Shown here one piece after another: positions 1-11,014 of a stretch of 64,000 bases of DNA (positions within the stretch are counted from its first letter, which is position 1; every line of letters starts with the position of its first letter). A model generated the notes under the pieces. The model saw nothing but the letters and a program-made list of their open reading frames with translations. It was not told the origin of the DNA and ran no database searches. The stretch is from an uncultured Verrucomicrobiae bacterium (lineage in GTDB: Bacteria > Verrucomicrobiota > Verrucomicrobiia > Chthoniobacterales > Terrimicrobiaceae), in contig CAVPOC010000008.1 of assembly GCA_963706955.1 (NCBI GenBank), positions 128,001-192,000 on the forward strand. The letters are read 5' to 3'. The position numbers were made by a program, and so were the translations under genes.

Positions 1-475
1 TCTCGACGCGTCACTCTATTTTTACGGCCAAAAAGTCGCTCGTCTCTTCGAAATCGCACGACGGCCTCTCTTGGCGGAAGTGGGCAACAAGAATTCGGAA
101 ATCTTCGTATCTACAATCTCGGCGGGATTCCGATGCTGGTCCGCATGTGCGACCATCAAGTGAAGCGGGCGCGCGGGCGTGGATGCGGTATTCGAGCTGA
201 GCGGCCAGAGGCCTTACGATGTGGTCCCTGGGCTCTTCTTCGCTCTTAAGCTGGGCGCAACTGTTCTCGATCTGTCCTCTCCCAGCCGACACCCATCGGA
301 CATCGCCGATCTCGAGCAGGCTTTGTCACACCCGCAAGGAGTTCAGTTGCGATACTTGGCTGCGGCGCACGAGCGATTGGCGAACGAGCTATTCCCGATC
401 CTTCGGCGTCCAGAGCGGTAAGTTACTTTCGACGGCCGGTTGGGATCGAAGAACAAAAGTGTTAGCGCGTGACAA

Positions 476-652
476 GGGGAGCACATCCGTCCCGGGTGTG
501 GTGCTCGGCGTCCTCGCCGAACACGATCGGTGGTTGGCTCAAAATAAATGGAGAAAGCCGATTCCAATCGTCGCCAATGTCATCAGCCTTGTCGCTAAAG
601 GCTTGTCCGGCGGGGACGCCGGACAATCACACCCGGGACGGGTGTGCTCCCC
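476..652. repeat. Inverted pair of REP-type palindromic repeats (REPIN-like)
   Basis: GGGGAGCACATCCGTCCCGGGTGTGGTGCTCGGCGTCCTCGCCGAACAC (476-524) and its near reverse complement at 604-652; a third copy lies at 42660-42708. Confidence 0.8.
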
Positions 653-670
653 AGACAAACCCTGATCTGG

Positions 671-2449
671 TTACTTGGAAACCGCGCTCAAGTTCAGCTT
701 GATCGCGGCGGCAATGGCGGCAGCGCGTTCACCCGCGATAACATGCCAGACGTTGTCCGATGCCTTCATGACACTGCCGGCACCGGCGCTCTGCAATGCT
801 TCCTGGTCGGCCTTGCCCGTGTCGCGAAGCACGAACCGTAGCCGCGTCACCGCGACATGTTCGCCCTTTTGGACATTGGCAGGTCCGCCGAGCGCCCGCA
901 CCAATCGCTGAGCGATCTCGGTGTCTTCAGCGCCCGCCCCAACCGGCTGATCAGAGATCGACCGAGGGCCGGGCTCTGCGGCGACGGCCGGCATTGCAGC
1001 GGCCGGCGCGAGCGCCTCATATTGTCCGCCCGCCATCGCTTCCCGAATCTCGCCGGCAAGGATTTCAGCTTGAGGGCCGATTACCACCTGCAAGGCATTG
1101 CGACCCGGCCGCACTATGCCGCGCGCGCCCAAGCTTCGGAGCGCCGGCTCGTTGACCAAAGCATCGTCCACCACTTCGAGTCGCAGGCGCGTCGTACAGG
1201 CGTCCACGAGTTTAAGATTTCGATTGCCACCCAGCGCTCTCACATAGCCGACCGGGCCGGTCAGAGCAGCCGTCGCACCCGCCGCGGCTGCGGCTCCGGC
1301 AGGCAGTGGGGCACCTTCGGCAGAAGGCTCTACGACAGCATCTGCGCGCCCCGGCGTCGCAATGTTGAACTTTCGAATCGCGAAGCTGAAGAGAAAGTAA
1401 TAAATGATGAAGTAGGCGAATCCGACCGGTATCAACATCCAGCCTCTCGTTCCAAGTTTGTAGCTGATGATGTAGTCGAAGGCCCCGGCAGAGAATGTGA
1501 ACCCCAGCCTGACGCCGAGAAGATTCATCAACGCCATGGAAATGCCGGTCAGGATTGCATGGATGACGTAAAGGATCGGCGCGAGAAACATGAAAGTGAA
1601 TTCCACGGGCTCGGTTACCCCCGTCAGAAACGCCGTCAGCGCCATCGATAATAACATGCCCCCAACCAGCTTGCGATTTTCCGGCTTGGCAGCGTGATAC
1701 ATGGCTAGACAGGCCGCTGGGAGACCGAACATCATGACCGGAAAGAAGCCGGTCATAAACGCGCCAGCTGTCGGATCGCCGGCGAAGAAGCGATGGAGAT
1801 CGCCGGTGACCGCTTTGCCCTCCGGGCCCGGATAGCTGCCGAAGACAAACCAGACGAGACTGTTGAGGATGTGATGCAAACCAGTGACCAGGAGGACTCG
1901 GTTGAGCACACCGTAGATGAAGAGCCCCAGGCTACCCGCCCCGATAAGCGCGTGACCTAGCCAGTCGATGCCCGTCTGCACCACCGGCCAGATAAACCCG
2001 CACAATAACCCGAGAATCACGCACGCCAGACCGGTGATGATCGGGACAAATCGTTTCCCTCCGAAGAAAGCGAGATACTCGGGCATCTTGATGTCGTAGA
2101 AACGATTATACAAATTGCCGGCGACAATGCCGCAGAGGATGCCGGCAAGCACTCCCATATCGAGCTTATCATTGATCGACTTCAAGACCGCAGTCAGAAT
2201 GAGGTAACCGATACCGCCGGCCAGAGCGGCTGCACCGTGGTTCTCCTTCGCAAAGCCGACCGCGACTCCGATCGAGAAAATCAGCGGAAGGTTGGTAAAG
2301 ACCGCTCCTCCGGCGTCTGCAATCCATTTGATGTTGAGGAGGTCGGGCTGTCCCAAACGCAACAAGAGTCCGGCGACCGGAAGCACCGCAATCGGCAGCA
2401 TCAACGCCCGACCAAGTTTTTGAAATTTAGCAAACGCAGCTGCACTCAT
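671..2449 (-). CDS. nagE: PTS N-acetylglucosamine-type EIIC-EIIB permease with a second degenerate EIIB domain
   Basis: QKLGRALMLPIAVLPVAGLLLRLGQPD N-terminus, GLHH and GVTEPVEF EIIC motifs, EIIB motif DACTTRLR, second EIIB-like HVAVTRLR lacking Cys. Confidence 0.85.
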   Translation of the reverse strand: MSAAAFAKFQKLGRALMLPIAVLPVAGLLLRLGQPDLLNIKWIADAGGAVFTNLPLIFSIGVAVGFAKENHGAAALAGGIGYLILTAVLKSINDKLDMGVLAGILCGIVAGNLYNRFYDIKMPEYLAFFGGKRFVPIITGLACVILGLLCGFIWPVVQTGIDWLGHALIGAGSLGLFIYGVLNRVLLVTGLHHILNSLVWFVFGSYPGPEGKAVTGDLHRFFAGDPTAGAFMTGFFPVMMFGLPAACLAMYHAAKPENRKLVGGMLLSMALTAFLTGVTEPVEFTFMFLAPILYVIHAILTGISMALMNLLGVRLGFTFSAGAFDYIISYKLGTRGWMLIPVGFAYFIIYYFLFSFAIRKFNIATPGRADAVVEPSAEGAPLPAGAAAAAGATAALTGPVGYVRALGGNRNLKLVDACTTRLRLEVVDDALVNEPALRSLGARGIVRPGRNALQVVIGPQAEILAGEIREAMAGGQYEALAPAAAMPAVAAEPGPRSISDQPVGAGAEDTEIAQRLVRALGGPANVQKGEHVAVTRLRFVLRDTGKADQEALQSAGAGSVMKASDNVWHVIAGERAAAIAAAIKLNLSAVSK

Positions 2450-2881
2450 AATCGTTCAGAATCGTTCTACTTATTTCGTCGTCATCCCGCCACTCCCGGC
2501 GAGCGGTCCAAAATCGTTGCACCACAGCCGACCTTCGGCATGTCCACGCCACACCGCTCTTCGGCATCGATCGAGGAGCAATCGGAGCAGGGACTTCGCC
2601 AAATCACCGGCACCGGATCCCTTCGGGGAACAACATGTGAGATCCACTGGCTTATAAGTTTGCCTATCAGCTCTGTCGGCTCAATGGAAAAGGCGTCTGC
2701 CTGCTAAAATAAGTGTCCCGCCGAAGCTGCCTCAAACCTCGCAAGGCAAAAAGCCAAGTTTCCGCGTTCGTGATCGTCCCTGGATGGGCGTTCTAATCTG
2801 CGGCCATCCGCAAATCTGTGGATGAACCTCATAGCTCGGAATTTGCGTCCGTCTCAATTCTTCGCCAATTGTCCGCGCATC

Positions 2882-4630
2882 TCAGCGGCGTATTGATCCG
2901 CATTGAGGCCAGTCAACAAGATGGATGACGTGATCCGGAAGTTTTACAATCGCCTCAACGCCCGCCGCCCTTAGAGCCGCCTCGTCGAGTGCGCCGTTAG
3001 TGGTCACGACACGCAAACGCGTCTCGGCGCAGGCATCCACGCGCTGGATGTTTGCCTTACCTCCGAGCGCTTTGATCAGAGCGCTCGCCTTCTCGGCGGC
3101 AAGCGGATCGCGCAGCTTCGGCTGGATGCCCGCCTGGGCGGGCGCTTTCACCGGCGACGGCGCCTCCACTTCGTCAGCCTCAGGGCCCGCAACCTTCAAG
3201 TACTCGCCAATCTCAGTCTTCAAGACATCGGAGCGAGTGCCAAAGATCGCTTGCACGCCGTCGCCCACCATCACGACACCAGCAGCCCCCATCGCTTTTA
3301 GCTTGTTCGCGTTGACCTTACTTGGATCTTTGAGCTTCACGCGCAGGCGCGTGATGCAGGCGTCGAGATCCACGATGTTGCTTCGCCCGCCAAGCGCGCG
3401 CACGATCTGCAGCGAGAACTCATCACCGCCGGCCGAATGTGTCACCTCGGCTTCCTCGACAGCTTCGCGGCCCGGCGTCTTCAGGTCAAACCTCCGGATA
3501 ATCAAGCTGAAGATGAGAAAATAGACCGCGGCCCAGATCGGTCCGAGAACGAAGAGCCAGAGCGCATTGGTCGATTTGGGAAAGAGCACGACATAGTCGA
3601 TCAAGCCGTGCGAGAAGGTGAAGCCATGCCTGATGCCAAGCAGGATGCAGATGAGATACGCGGCGCCGGCCAATAGCGCGTGAATCATGTAGAGGAATGG
3701 CGCGACGAAGAGAAAGGCAAACTCGATCGGCTCGGTGATGCCGGTAAGGAATGCCGTCAGCGCGGCCGAAATCATAACGCCTCCGATCTTGGCGCGATTT
3801 TCCGGACGAGCTGCCAGCGTGATGGCGGCAGCCGCGGCGGGAAGACCCCACATCTTGAACAGATAGCCGCCCGTCATGTTTCCGGCCGTCGGGTCGCCCG
3901 CGATGAAGCGCGCAATTTCGCCATGCACTTCTTTTCCGGTGCTCGGATCCACGAAGTCGCCTGCCTGAAAGAAGAACGGCACGTTCCAAACGTGGTGCAA
4001 TCCAAAGGGGATGAGCGAGCGCTCCACGATGCCGTAGATGGTAAATGCGAGAGCGGGTTGCCCGTGCACCGCCCAATGGGAAAACGCATTGATGGCGCTG
4101 CCAATGGGCGGCCAGATAAAACTCAGAATCACCGCGGCAACGATAACCGCAAAGGCCGTGATGATCGGCACCGAGCGCTTTCCAGCAAAAAATCCGAGAT
4201 AGGAGGGTAATTGGACCTTATAAAAGCGGTTGAAAGCCCAGGCGGCGATAAGACCCACAATAATGCCCCCGAAGACGCCGGTCTCGATAGTGGGGATTCC
4301 CATGGCCGTCGCCGTTTCAATCCCGCGTATTTTCGCAAGGACGCCCATGGCAGCGAGGAAGACCGCAAACCCGACCGTGCTTGCCAGCGCGGCCACGCCG
4401 TCATTGTTGGTCAGCCCGATGGCCACGCCGATGGCAAAAAGCAGAGGCAGGTTGGAGAAAATCGCCCCGCCGGATTGCGCCATGACTTGCGAGACGACCT
4501 GCGGCAGCCAGGAAAAGTTGGCACTGCCAACTCCGAGCAAGATGCCGGCGACCGGCAGGACCGAGACCGGCAGCATCATGCACTTGCCGATCTTTTGGAG
4601 ATAGGAAAAGGCGTTCGAGAAAAAGGCCAT
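2882..4630 (-). CDS. ptsG: PTS glucose-type EIIC-EIIB-EIIB permease; probable frameshift near the C-terminus (alternative frame ends at 2854)
   Basis: [59 protein letters not shown] and DACAETRLR; shifted frame continues [19 protein letters not shown]. Confidence 0.85.
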   Translation of the reverse strand: MAFFSNAFSYLQKIGKCMMLPVSVLPVAGILLGVGSANFSWLPQVVSQVMAQSGGAIFSNLPLLFAIGVAIGLTNNDGVAALASTVGFAVFLAAMGVLAKIRGIETATAMGIPTIETGVFGGIIVGLIAAWAFNRFYKVQLPSYLGFFAGKRSVPIITAFAVIVAAVILSFIWPPIGSAINAFSHWAVHGQPALAFTIYGIVERSLIPFGLHHVWNVPFFFQAGDFVDPSTGKEVHGEIARFIAGDPTAGNMTGGYLFKMWGLPAAAAAITLAARPENRAKIGGVMISAALTAFLTGITEPIEFAFLFVAPFLYMIHALLAGAAYLICILLGIRHGFTFSHGLIDYVVLFPKSTNALWLFVLGPIWAAVYFLIFSLIIRRFDLKTPGREAVEEAEVTHSAGGDEFSLQIVRALGGRSNIVDLDACITRLRVKLKDPSKVNANKLKAMGAAGVVMVGDGVQAIFGTRSDVLKTEIGEYLKVAGPEADEVEAPSPVKAPAQAGIQPKLRDPLAAEKASALIKALGGKANIQRVDACAETRLRVVTTNGALDEAALRAAGVEAIVKLPDHVIHLVDWPQCGSIRR

Positions 4631-4642
4631 AGCTTTGAAGAT

Positions 4643-7177
4643 TTAGTGGTTGGTTTCCGGAAGGAGGGCGCGAACTTCGGCGCCCGTGCTGCAATTGAGA
4701 GCGCGTCGCGCGAGTTCCTGGCAGTCTGCGTGAGAAAGGCGGCGCACCTGGGCTTTGATTGTCGGGATCGCCGGCACGCTCACGCTCAGCTCGTCCACGC
4801 CGAGTCCGATCAGGATGGGCACGGCCTGGGCATCGCCGGCGATACCGCCGCACACGCCGGTGAACCGGCCATGCTTGCGAGCGCCTTCGACAGTCTGAGC
4901 GATCAGGCGAAGCAATCCGGGATTCAAGGCATCAACCTTGGGTGCGAGCTTGGGATGCCCGCGATCCATGGCGAGCGTGTATTGGGTGAGATCGTTGGTT
5001 CCGATGGAAAAGAAATCTGCCTCCTTGGCGAAGATTTCCGCCATCACAGCGACGGCGGGAATTTCCACCATGATGCCGCACGGCATCGGTGCGATTCCCA
5101 ATGAATCCGCTTCTTCGGCGAGGATTGCCTTTGTATCGCGCAGCTCTGCAATTGTGGCGATCATCGGGAACATGATCCAGACCTTGCCGAATTCCGATGC
5201 GCGGAGGAGGGCGCGCAGTTGCGTGCGAAGGATTTCAGGCCGGTCGAGTCCGACGCGAATTCCCCGCTCGCCGAGGAACGGATTGTCCTCCTTCGGAATT
5301 GGCAGATAGGCGAGCGGCTTATCGCCGCCGACATCCAGGGTGCGGATGATGAGAGTTTGTTCCCGGCCGACCACCTGTGCGATCGCCTTGTACTCCTCGA
5401 ATTGCTCGTCTTCGCTTGGGGCGGCCACACGCTCCATGAAGAGAAATTCGGAGCGCAGCAAACCGACGCCATCGCCGCCCAGCTGCGCCACTTCGCCGGC
5501 GTCCTTGAGTCCTCCAATATTGGCGGCGACCTCGATGTGGCGGCCGTCGCTTGTTGTGGCGGGCTCGAGCGCGTGCGAGAGATCTTCCTTGCGCTGTTTT
5601 TCATGGCGGATCTGGGCTTCGCGAAGGTTTGTCATTTCCTCCCTGGAAGGATTCAACCGAAGGGTGCCCTTACTGCCATCCAGGATCACTGGCGTGCCAT
5701 TGGCGAGCTCCAGAGCGCGCGCCTCGACGCCGGCGAGGGCGGGAATTCCCAGCGAGCGTGCCAGGATCGCCACGTGCGAGGTGGCGCCACCACGCACCGT
5801 CGCAAAGCCCATCACCTTGCCACGCTCCATCGCGGCGGTGTCCGATGGCGTCAAATCCTCAGCGATGAGAACCGCGTTGGCCGGGTAGGAAGGAGCTTTC
5901 CGTTTGATTCCGGTGAGGAATTCCAGCACGCGCTCGCCCACGTCCCGAAGGTCGTTGGCGCGCTGTGCGAGCAGTTGGTTGCGCAGACTGGCGAGCCGGT
6001 CAGCGTGGGTCTTGACGGCGCTTTTCCAGGCGAAGGCAGCGCTCTTGCCCTTGGCAATAGCGGAGGTGGCGATCTCGATCAGATCAGGGTCCTCGAGGAG
6101 CTCGGAGTGGGCCGCGAAAATGGCGGCTTTCGCTTGCTCTTTGTGGCCATGCAACTGAGCGCGCAGGCCTTCGAGCTGTCCGGCGGCCTTATCCAGGGCG
6201 TCGTCGAGCAAGCGCCGCTCCTGGTCGGGCCTGCCCCCCTCTTCCTTCACTTGGATATCCACATGGCGGACCTGGTAAACTTCCCCTACCGCCAAACCCG
6301 AGGACGCCGCCACGCCGACGAGCAGATTCGGATCACCCTCCTTCTGTGGCGCCGGTGCAGAGATAAGCGCTGCATTCATCGCCGCCAGCGCGGTTGCTGG
6401 GACGCAGCCCTCATCTCCAAGTCCTTCGGCGATCATCGGCGTGAGTTTGTCCAAGGCCTCCCTGGCGTCGGGTCCCTTCGCCACCAACACGACCTTGTCG
6501 CCCAGCGCTGTCTCCAGAGCCAGCAACGACGTGACGCTGCGGGCGTTCGCAGAACGATCGCCGAGCTGGAGGCGGACATCGCTCTTAAACGTCTTGGCGA
6601 CACTGCTCAATACAGCCGCGGGCCGAGCATGCAAGCCATTGGGATTTGGCAGAATGATTGCCTCCGAAGTGACCGTCGGACCTGTTTGGGCCTCCGCTGT
6701 CGCGGCTGCGCCATTCAAGGTCAAGGTCAATACCGAGGTCTTGCCGACGACAGCCGTGCCGGTTCCATAGACAGTGTTGGTGACCCGCTCGCCGTTCGAG
6801 ATGATCACTTCCGTGAGCAGGCTCTTGGCGTTCGTCGCGACGTAGTCGAGATCGAATTCGATCAGCGCCGCGCCCGTATCGACCTTGTCCCCGATCTTTA
6901 CTCGCGGCGTAAATCCCTTTCCCTTCAAGGTCACGGTGTCGATTCCGACATGCATGAGCACCTCGATACCGTCGGCTGTCTTCAGGGTGACCGCGTGACC
7001 GGCAGCGTGCTGCTGCACGATCTCGCCGGGACACGGCGCTCTTAAAATGTTGTCTGTCGGGTCAATCGAAATGCCGTCGCCGGCGAGCTTTTGCGAAAAG
7101 ACCGGGTCGGGCACGCGTTCGAGGGGATAGATCACGCCGGAGACCGGCGCAAGGAGGGTAAGTTGGCCGTTGCTCAT
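4643..7177 (-). CDS. PTS multiphosphoryl transfer protein, EIIA(Glc)-HPr-Enzyme I fusion
   Basis: DPVFS and HVGIDTV (EIIA), GLHARPA (HPr), TSHVAILARS, GLLRSEFLF, NPFLGERGIR and SIGTNDLTQY (EI). Confidence 0.95.
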   Translation of the reverse strand: MSNGQLTLLAPVSGVIYPLERVPDPVFSQKLAGDGISIDPTDNILRAPCPGEIVQQHAAGHAVTLKTADGIEVLMHVGIDTVTLKGKGFTPRVKIGDKVDTGAALIEFDLDYVATNAKSLLTEVIISNGERVTNTVYGTGTAVVGKTSVLTLTLNGAAATAEAQTGPTVTSEAIILPNPNGLHARPAAVLSSVAKTFKSDVRLQLGDRSANARSVTSLLALETALGDKVVLVAKGPDAREALDKLTPMIAEGLGDEGCVPATALAAMNAALISAPAPQKEGDPNLLVGVAASSGLAVGEVYQVRHVDIQVKEEGGRPDQERRLLDDALDKAAGQLEGLRAQLHGHKEQAKAAIFAAHSELLEDPDLIEIATSAIAKGKSAAFAWKSAVKTHADRLASLRNQLLAQRANDLRDVGERVLEFLTGIKRKAPSYPANAVLIAEDLTPSDTAAMERGKVMGFATVRGGATSHVAILARSLGIPALAGVEARALELANGTPVILDGSKGTLRLNPSREEMTNLREAQIRHEKQRKEDLSHALEPATTSDGRHIEVAANIGGLKDAGEVAQLGGDGVGLLRSEFLFMERVAAPSEDEQFEEYKAIAQVVGREQTLIIRTLDVGGDKPLAYLPIPKEDNPFLGERGIRVGLDRPEILRTQLRALLRASEFGKVWIMFPMIATIAELRDTKAILAEEADSLGIAPMPCGIMVEIPAVAVMAEIFAKEADFFSIGTNDLTQYTLAMDRGHPKLAPKVDALNPGLLRLIAQTVEGARKHGRFTGVCGGIAGDAQAVPILIGLGVDELSVSVPAIPTIKAQVRRLSHADCQELARRALNCSTGAEVRALLPETNH

Positions 7178-7355
7178 AGGGATTAAGATGGCTTAGGGAG
7201 AGACCGTCCCCAGTATCAAGCTGACTTTTGAGCACCTCGTGTTCAAAAATCTCGCGCTCCGGCTGCAGCGGCCTCTGCCGGCCATCAAGAGCACAAACCA
7301 GTCGCCGCCGTGTCAACCCCAATCGCGCATGAGCAGGCTCACAGACGAAGAGCTT

Positions 7356-7454
7356 TGTAGCGACGATGTCCCCATCGTCGTCGTGTTCTTTCGTATCGGC
7401 AATGCCACCCCGCAGGCGCTAAGCGCCAGCGTTGCGGAGCCGTCCCTATCGTCG
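7356..7454. repeat. GTAG-type REP composite element
   Basis: TGTAGCGACGATGTCCCCATCGTCG hairpin followed by AATGCCACCCCGCAGGCGCTAAGCGCCAGCGTTGCGG, shared with 14771-14898. Confidence 0.75.
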
Positions 7455-7553
7455 TTGGCGGCTGAACGGACCGAATCCTCACGGTCGAGGGTGTTTCGGC
7501 GGTGCGGACACCGCCGCGACAGCAAACGCGCGCGAACCGAATACTGAAGGGAG

Positions 7554-7709
7554 CTATCTCGGTCTTCTGATGAACGAGATGATCGCCAAAATCAGAAAGA
7601 CAACAAAAAGGACTTTCGCGATCCAGGCGGCGGTTCCGGCAATCCCACCAAAGCCGAGGAAGGCAGCAATCAGGGCGATGACCAGGAAAACAAGGGCGTA
7701 GTAGAGCAT
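7554..7709 (-). CDS. DUF1328 (YtjA-like) small membrane protein, 51 aa
   Basis: [47 protein letters not shown] matches the family pattern. Confidence 0.9.
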   Translation of the reverse strand: MLYYALVFLVIALIAAFLGFGGIAGTAAWIAKVLFVVFLILAIISFIRRPR

Positions 7710-7810
7710 ATGGGTTGGTTCTGAGTTGAGAGTTGAGGTAATAGCTAAGCGTTCACAGAATTGAAAGCTAGAACGCTTAGGCAATACAAAGCGGACGTGA
7801 ACATATCTCC

Positions 7811-7887
7811 TCCTCGTTCTCGTCCCTCGTCCTCGAAACACCCCCGTCGATTCGAGGACGAGCACGAGGAGGAAGGACGAGGACGAA
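7811..7887. repeat. Inverted array of CTCGTC/GACGAG short repeats (intergenic hairpin)
   Basis: TCCTCGTTCTCGTCCCTCGTCCTCGAA ... TTCGAGGACGAGCACGAGGAGGAAGGACGAGGACG. Confidence 0.65.
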
Positions 7888-7962
7888 CGCTGCTGCTACG
7901 TGAGATGCCTCCCCAGCAGGTATTTGGCCGGAGCAAAGCAGGTGAGGCAAGCCCCTACCCTT

Positions 7963-9222
7963 TCAGGTGCTGCTCAGAATTGAACGCCCACTATCGCGAG
8001 GGCTGCTCAGGACTTCGCCGAAATAGTTCCTCAAGGCATAGACCAGGAAAACAAGCGCACCTAAAGGCTGGAGGGAGAGCACGTAAACGTTCTCGTAACG
8101 GGGAAAAAAGGCGACGCGAAGGATCGCCGCGAGTTGAAAAAGGAATGCTGCAACAACTAGCCAACGCGAAACCGCGTCTCTCCGTCTGGAAAACGTTGCC
8201 ACGATTTCAAAGGCGACGGCTGGAGCGACTAGAAGGTAGGTGTACAATTCGCTGGCGGGTCCCAGCAAGGTCATCCAGGCGGAGACCAGCGAAAACGCGC
8301 CCGCCAGGAGTCGCTCACTCGGCAGATTGTTGATTCTTCCCCACAAGCAATATCCCGCGATGGCGAGGCCCACGGCAGCTTGAATCGCCCGATAGACGGT
8401 CTGACTGATGGGTAGGCCGGCAGCCTGAACGAGGACGAACCAGAGGTCCCTTGGAGCAATAGCGAGCGAGTACGCGAGCCGGTTGTCTGCCGTGCGGGTG
8501 TCATACCAAAGCTGATACTGGTCGATCACGTAGGGGGCGCTTTGGAAGAGAAACGGGATCAATCCGGTGATGACCACCGCCAACACGAAACGCCAACTGA
8601 AGCTGCGCGGAAATAGAAGCACGAGGAGCATGCCTGCCACCACCGGATAAACTTTCCAATGGATCGCCACCGCCAGGGCGATGGCTGCAATCGTCCATCG
8701 TTCCGAACACGCCGCGGCGAAGGCGATCATGATCAGGCCGGCCAGAAACGCATTCGCCTGAGCGCTATCGAAATTTCCAAGGGCCAGCGGCAAGACCAGC
8801 AGAAAAGCCAGTCCGCGACGTCGCGGTGGAAGATTCGAAAATGGACCCGAGGTCATCATGGCCCACATTCCGCCGAGCAGGAGCGCGGCCGAAAGAAGGC
8901 ACCAGAGTATCCGCGGCCAGACACCCGGCAGGTAAGAGGCCAGGGCGTAACAAACCGCCGAAAATGGCCCGTAAACAAATCCCTTGTTCGGCGTGTAGAT
9001 ATAGAGCGGTGATCCCTCGATCCACTCTCGGCCAGCCCGCAGGAAACGATTGACGTTCGTCACCCGATCGGGCGAGGCGAAAATCTTCCCAATGATCGCC
9101 GACAGGGCGATCGTCCACGCCAGGATTGCTACCGGATTCCAGAGTCGGTCTAGCCATTGAAAGACGCTCGGTTTCGCGGTGGTCACCGGATCCTTCGAGG
9201 CGAAAGGCGCGGGAAAACTCAT
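7963..9222 (-). CDS. GT87/DUF2029-like membrane glycosyltransferase
   Basis: Multi-TM protein with PLY..FVYGP, AQAN and KVYP motifs. Confidence 0.75.
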   Translation of the reverse strand: MSFPAPFASKDPVTTAKPSVFQWLDRLWNPVAILAWTIALSAIIGKIFASPDRVTNVNRFLRAGREWIEGSPLYIYTPNKGFVYGPFSAVCYALASYLPGVWPRILWCLLSAALLLGGMWAMMTSGPFSNLPPRRRGLAFLLVLPLALGNFDSAQANAFLAGLIMIAFAAACSERWTIAAIALAVAIHWKVYPVVAGMLLVLLFPRSFSWRFVLAVVITGLIPFLFQSAPYVIDQYQLWYDTRTADNRLAYSLAIAPRDLWFVLVQAAGLPISQTVYRAIQAAVGLAIAGYCLWGRINNLPSERLLAGAFSLVSAWMTLLGPASELYTYLLVAPAVAFEIVATFSRRRDAVSRWLVVAAFLFQLAAILRVAFFPRYENVYVLSLQPLGALVFLVYALRNYFGEVLSSPRDSGRSILSST

Positions 9223-9411
9223 CGGCTGCCGGTCTGCCGCTACCTTAACGAGGGCCGATACGCCGACGAAGCGCTGCTCGGATTTTTGCGACCAGCGGAA
9301 GATTGATAGGGTGGCATAGGAGAATCGCGATGGCCTCTCGGGCCGGGAGTTCGACAGGAGAAATAGCTTTCAACTATTCACAATCGCCCCAAACATCAAG
9401 CAGCTCTCCAA

Positions 9412-10680
9412 ATGGGTCTTCCTCTGCGTGTCTCAGTTCTTCAAAAGGCCGATCGCGTCGTCTTTGTTCCGGTCTGCTTCCTTCTCACGCGGCTCCGCAA
9501 ACTGTTGCCCGAGCTTCCAGCAGATCAGCCGCCGAAGCCCAAGCGGATTGTCATCGTCAAGCTGGCCGAACAGGGCTCAACCGTGCTGGCCAATAATGCG
9601 ATCCGGCGAGCCGTCGAAATGGTCGGACGCGAAAACGTTTACTTCGCGGCCTTCGAGGAAAATCGGTTCATCGTCGACGTCCTCGATCTGATTCCGAGAG
9701 GCAATGTGCTGACCGTCCCGACGACGTCTGTCGCGGCGATGTTTTTCGGGACAATCCGGATGCTCTTGCGCATGCGTTTGCTTCGCATCGATGCGGCCGT
9801 CGATCTGGAATTCCTCGCCCGTTTCTCTGCGGCCATCGCCTATCTCAGCGGCGCCCGCATTCGCGTGGGGATGCATTGCTACTTCGAGGAAGGCCCCTAT
9901 CGCGGCGACCTGATGACCCATCGCGTGCTTTTTAATCCGCAGCTCCACACGAGTGAAATGTTTCAGGTCATGATCGAAGCGCTCGCGTTTGCTCCGAAGG
10001 ATTTCCCCGCTTTCAATCTGAAGCTCAAGACCGTGGCTGCCGAGGAACCGGTCTTCAGCCCGCGGCCCGAAGAAATCAAGGGTGTCGAGCAGATGGTTCT
10101 TTCGCTTACGGGCGGCGTGCAAATCCCTCCGCTGATTCTCTTGAATCCAAACGCGAGCGATTTTCTTCCTCTACGACGGTGGCCGCTGGAATCCTACCGC
10201 GAGTTGGCCAAGGGATTGTTGGCGCGGTTCCCGGAAGTTCATATCGCCTTCACCGGCTTGGCCTCCGAGGCTGGGCCGAGCGCCGAGCTCGTCAAAGAGA
10301 TCGGCAGCGCGCGCTGCTTTTCCATGGCAGGGAGGACCACCCTGCGCCAGCTCCTTGTGCTTTACACCCTCGCCCGCGTGCTGGTGACCAACGACAGCGG
10401 CCCGGCGCATTTCGCGACGCTCACGCCGATCCAGGTCGTGTCCCTTTTTGGTCCGGAAAGTCCCAAGCTTTTTGCCGCACGTTCCCCACGGACGCGGGTG
10501 GTCTATGCGGGCATCGCCTGCAGTCCTTGCATCAACGCGCTCAATAACCGGCAGTCTGCCTGCCGCAATAACCTCTGCATGCAAACTATCGGCGTTCCAG
10601 AAGTGCTTGCGGAGGTCTCCGCAGCCTATCGAAAATCGTCCGAACGCTTTTCGATGCGAGATATTCGAGCCTCGGCATGA
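9412..10680 (+). CDS. Glycosyltransferase family 9 (heptosyltransferase-like)
   Basis: RRWPLESY, VTNDSGPAHFA, SLFGPE and CSPC...C...CM motifs. Confidence 0.9.
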   Translation: MGLPLRVSVLQKADRVVFVPVCFLLTRLRKLLPELPADQPPKPKRIVIVKLAEQGSTVLANNAIRRAVEMVGRENVYFAAFEENRFIVDVLDLIPRGNVLTVPTTSVAAMFFGTIRMLLRMRLLRIDAAVDLEFLARFSAAIAYLSGARIRVGMHCYFEEGPYRGDLMTHRVLFNPQLHTSEMFQVMIEALAFAPKDFPAFNLKLKTVAAEEPVFSPRPEEIKGVEQMVLSLTGGVQIPPLILLNPNASDFLPLRRWPLESYRELAKGLLARFPEVHIAFTGLASEAGPSAELVKEIGSARCFSMAGRTTLRQLLVLYTLARVLVTNDSGPAHFATLTPIQVVSLFGPESPKLFAARSPRTRVVYAGIACSPCINALNNRQSACRNNLCMQTIGVPEVLAEVSAAYRKSSERFSMRDIRASA

Positions 10681-10697
10681 GCGTAATTCTCCGGAAG

Positions 10698-10920
10698 AAG
10701 CGCGATTCATATTAGCCCGACCGCTGCCCGGCAGCCGCCAGACCGGACGCGTATTCGGCTCTGTAGCGACGATGTCCCCATCGTCGAGGGCTGTTCCCCG
10801 GCGGCGGGGACGCCGCCGCTACAACAATGAATCGCCCCAAAAGCGCGCTTCATATCAGCCTCGGGCATCGCCCGAGGACGGCATACAAGTGCACCCGCCG
10901 AGCGCTGAAAGCGCGATTCA
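10698..10920. repeat. Cluster of repeats: GTAG REP inverted doublet (10762-10823) plus GCTGAAAGCGCGATTCA-type repeats
   Basis: TGTAGCGACGATGTCCCCATCGTCG...CGGCGGCGGGGACGCCGCCGCTACA; AAGCGCG(A/C)TTCA at about 10698, 10841 and 10909, and a related copy at 12740-12756. Confidence 0.75.
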
Positions 10921-11014
10921 ACGCCGGAATCGCTCCCACACACAGCGCTCGTGCCATTCACCATTTGCACAGGAGGCTAGTGTCGCGCGAGATCAGAAAC
11001 ATGAGTCCGCTCGA

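Noticed and set aside
1..421. 3' end of a plus-strand gene at the window edge
   Set aside because: Probably coding, but the frames are interrupted and I could not assign a family.
5219..7045. 608 aa plus-strand ORF and similar long antisense ORFs (857-1651, 15177-16121, 35525-36772)
   Set aside because: They are shadow ORFs opposite well-supported GC-rich genes.
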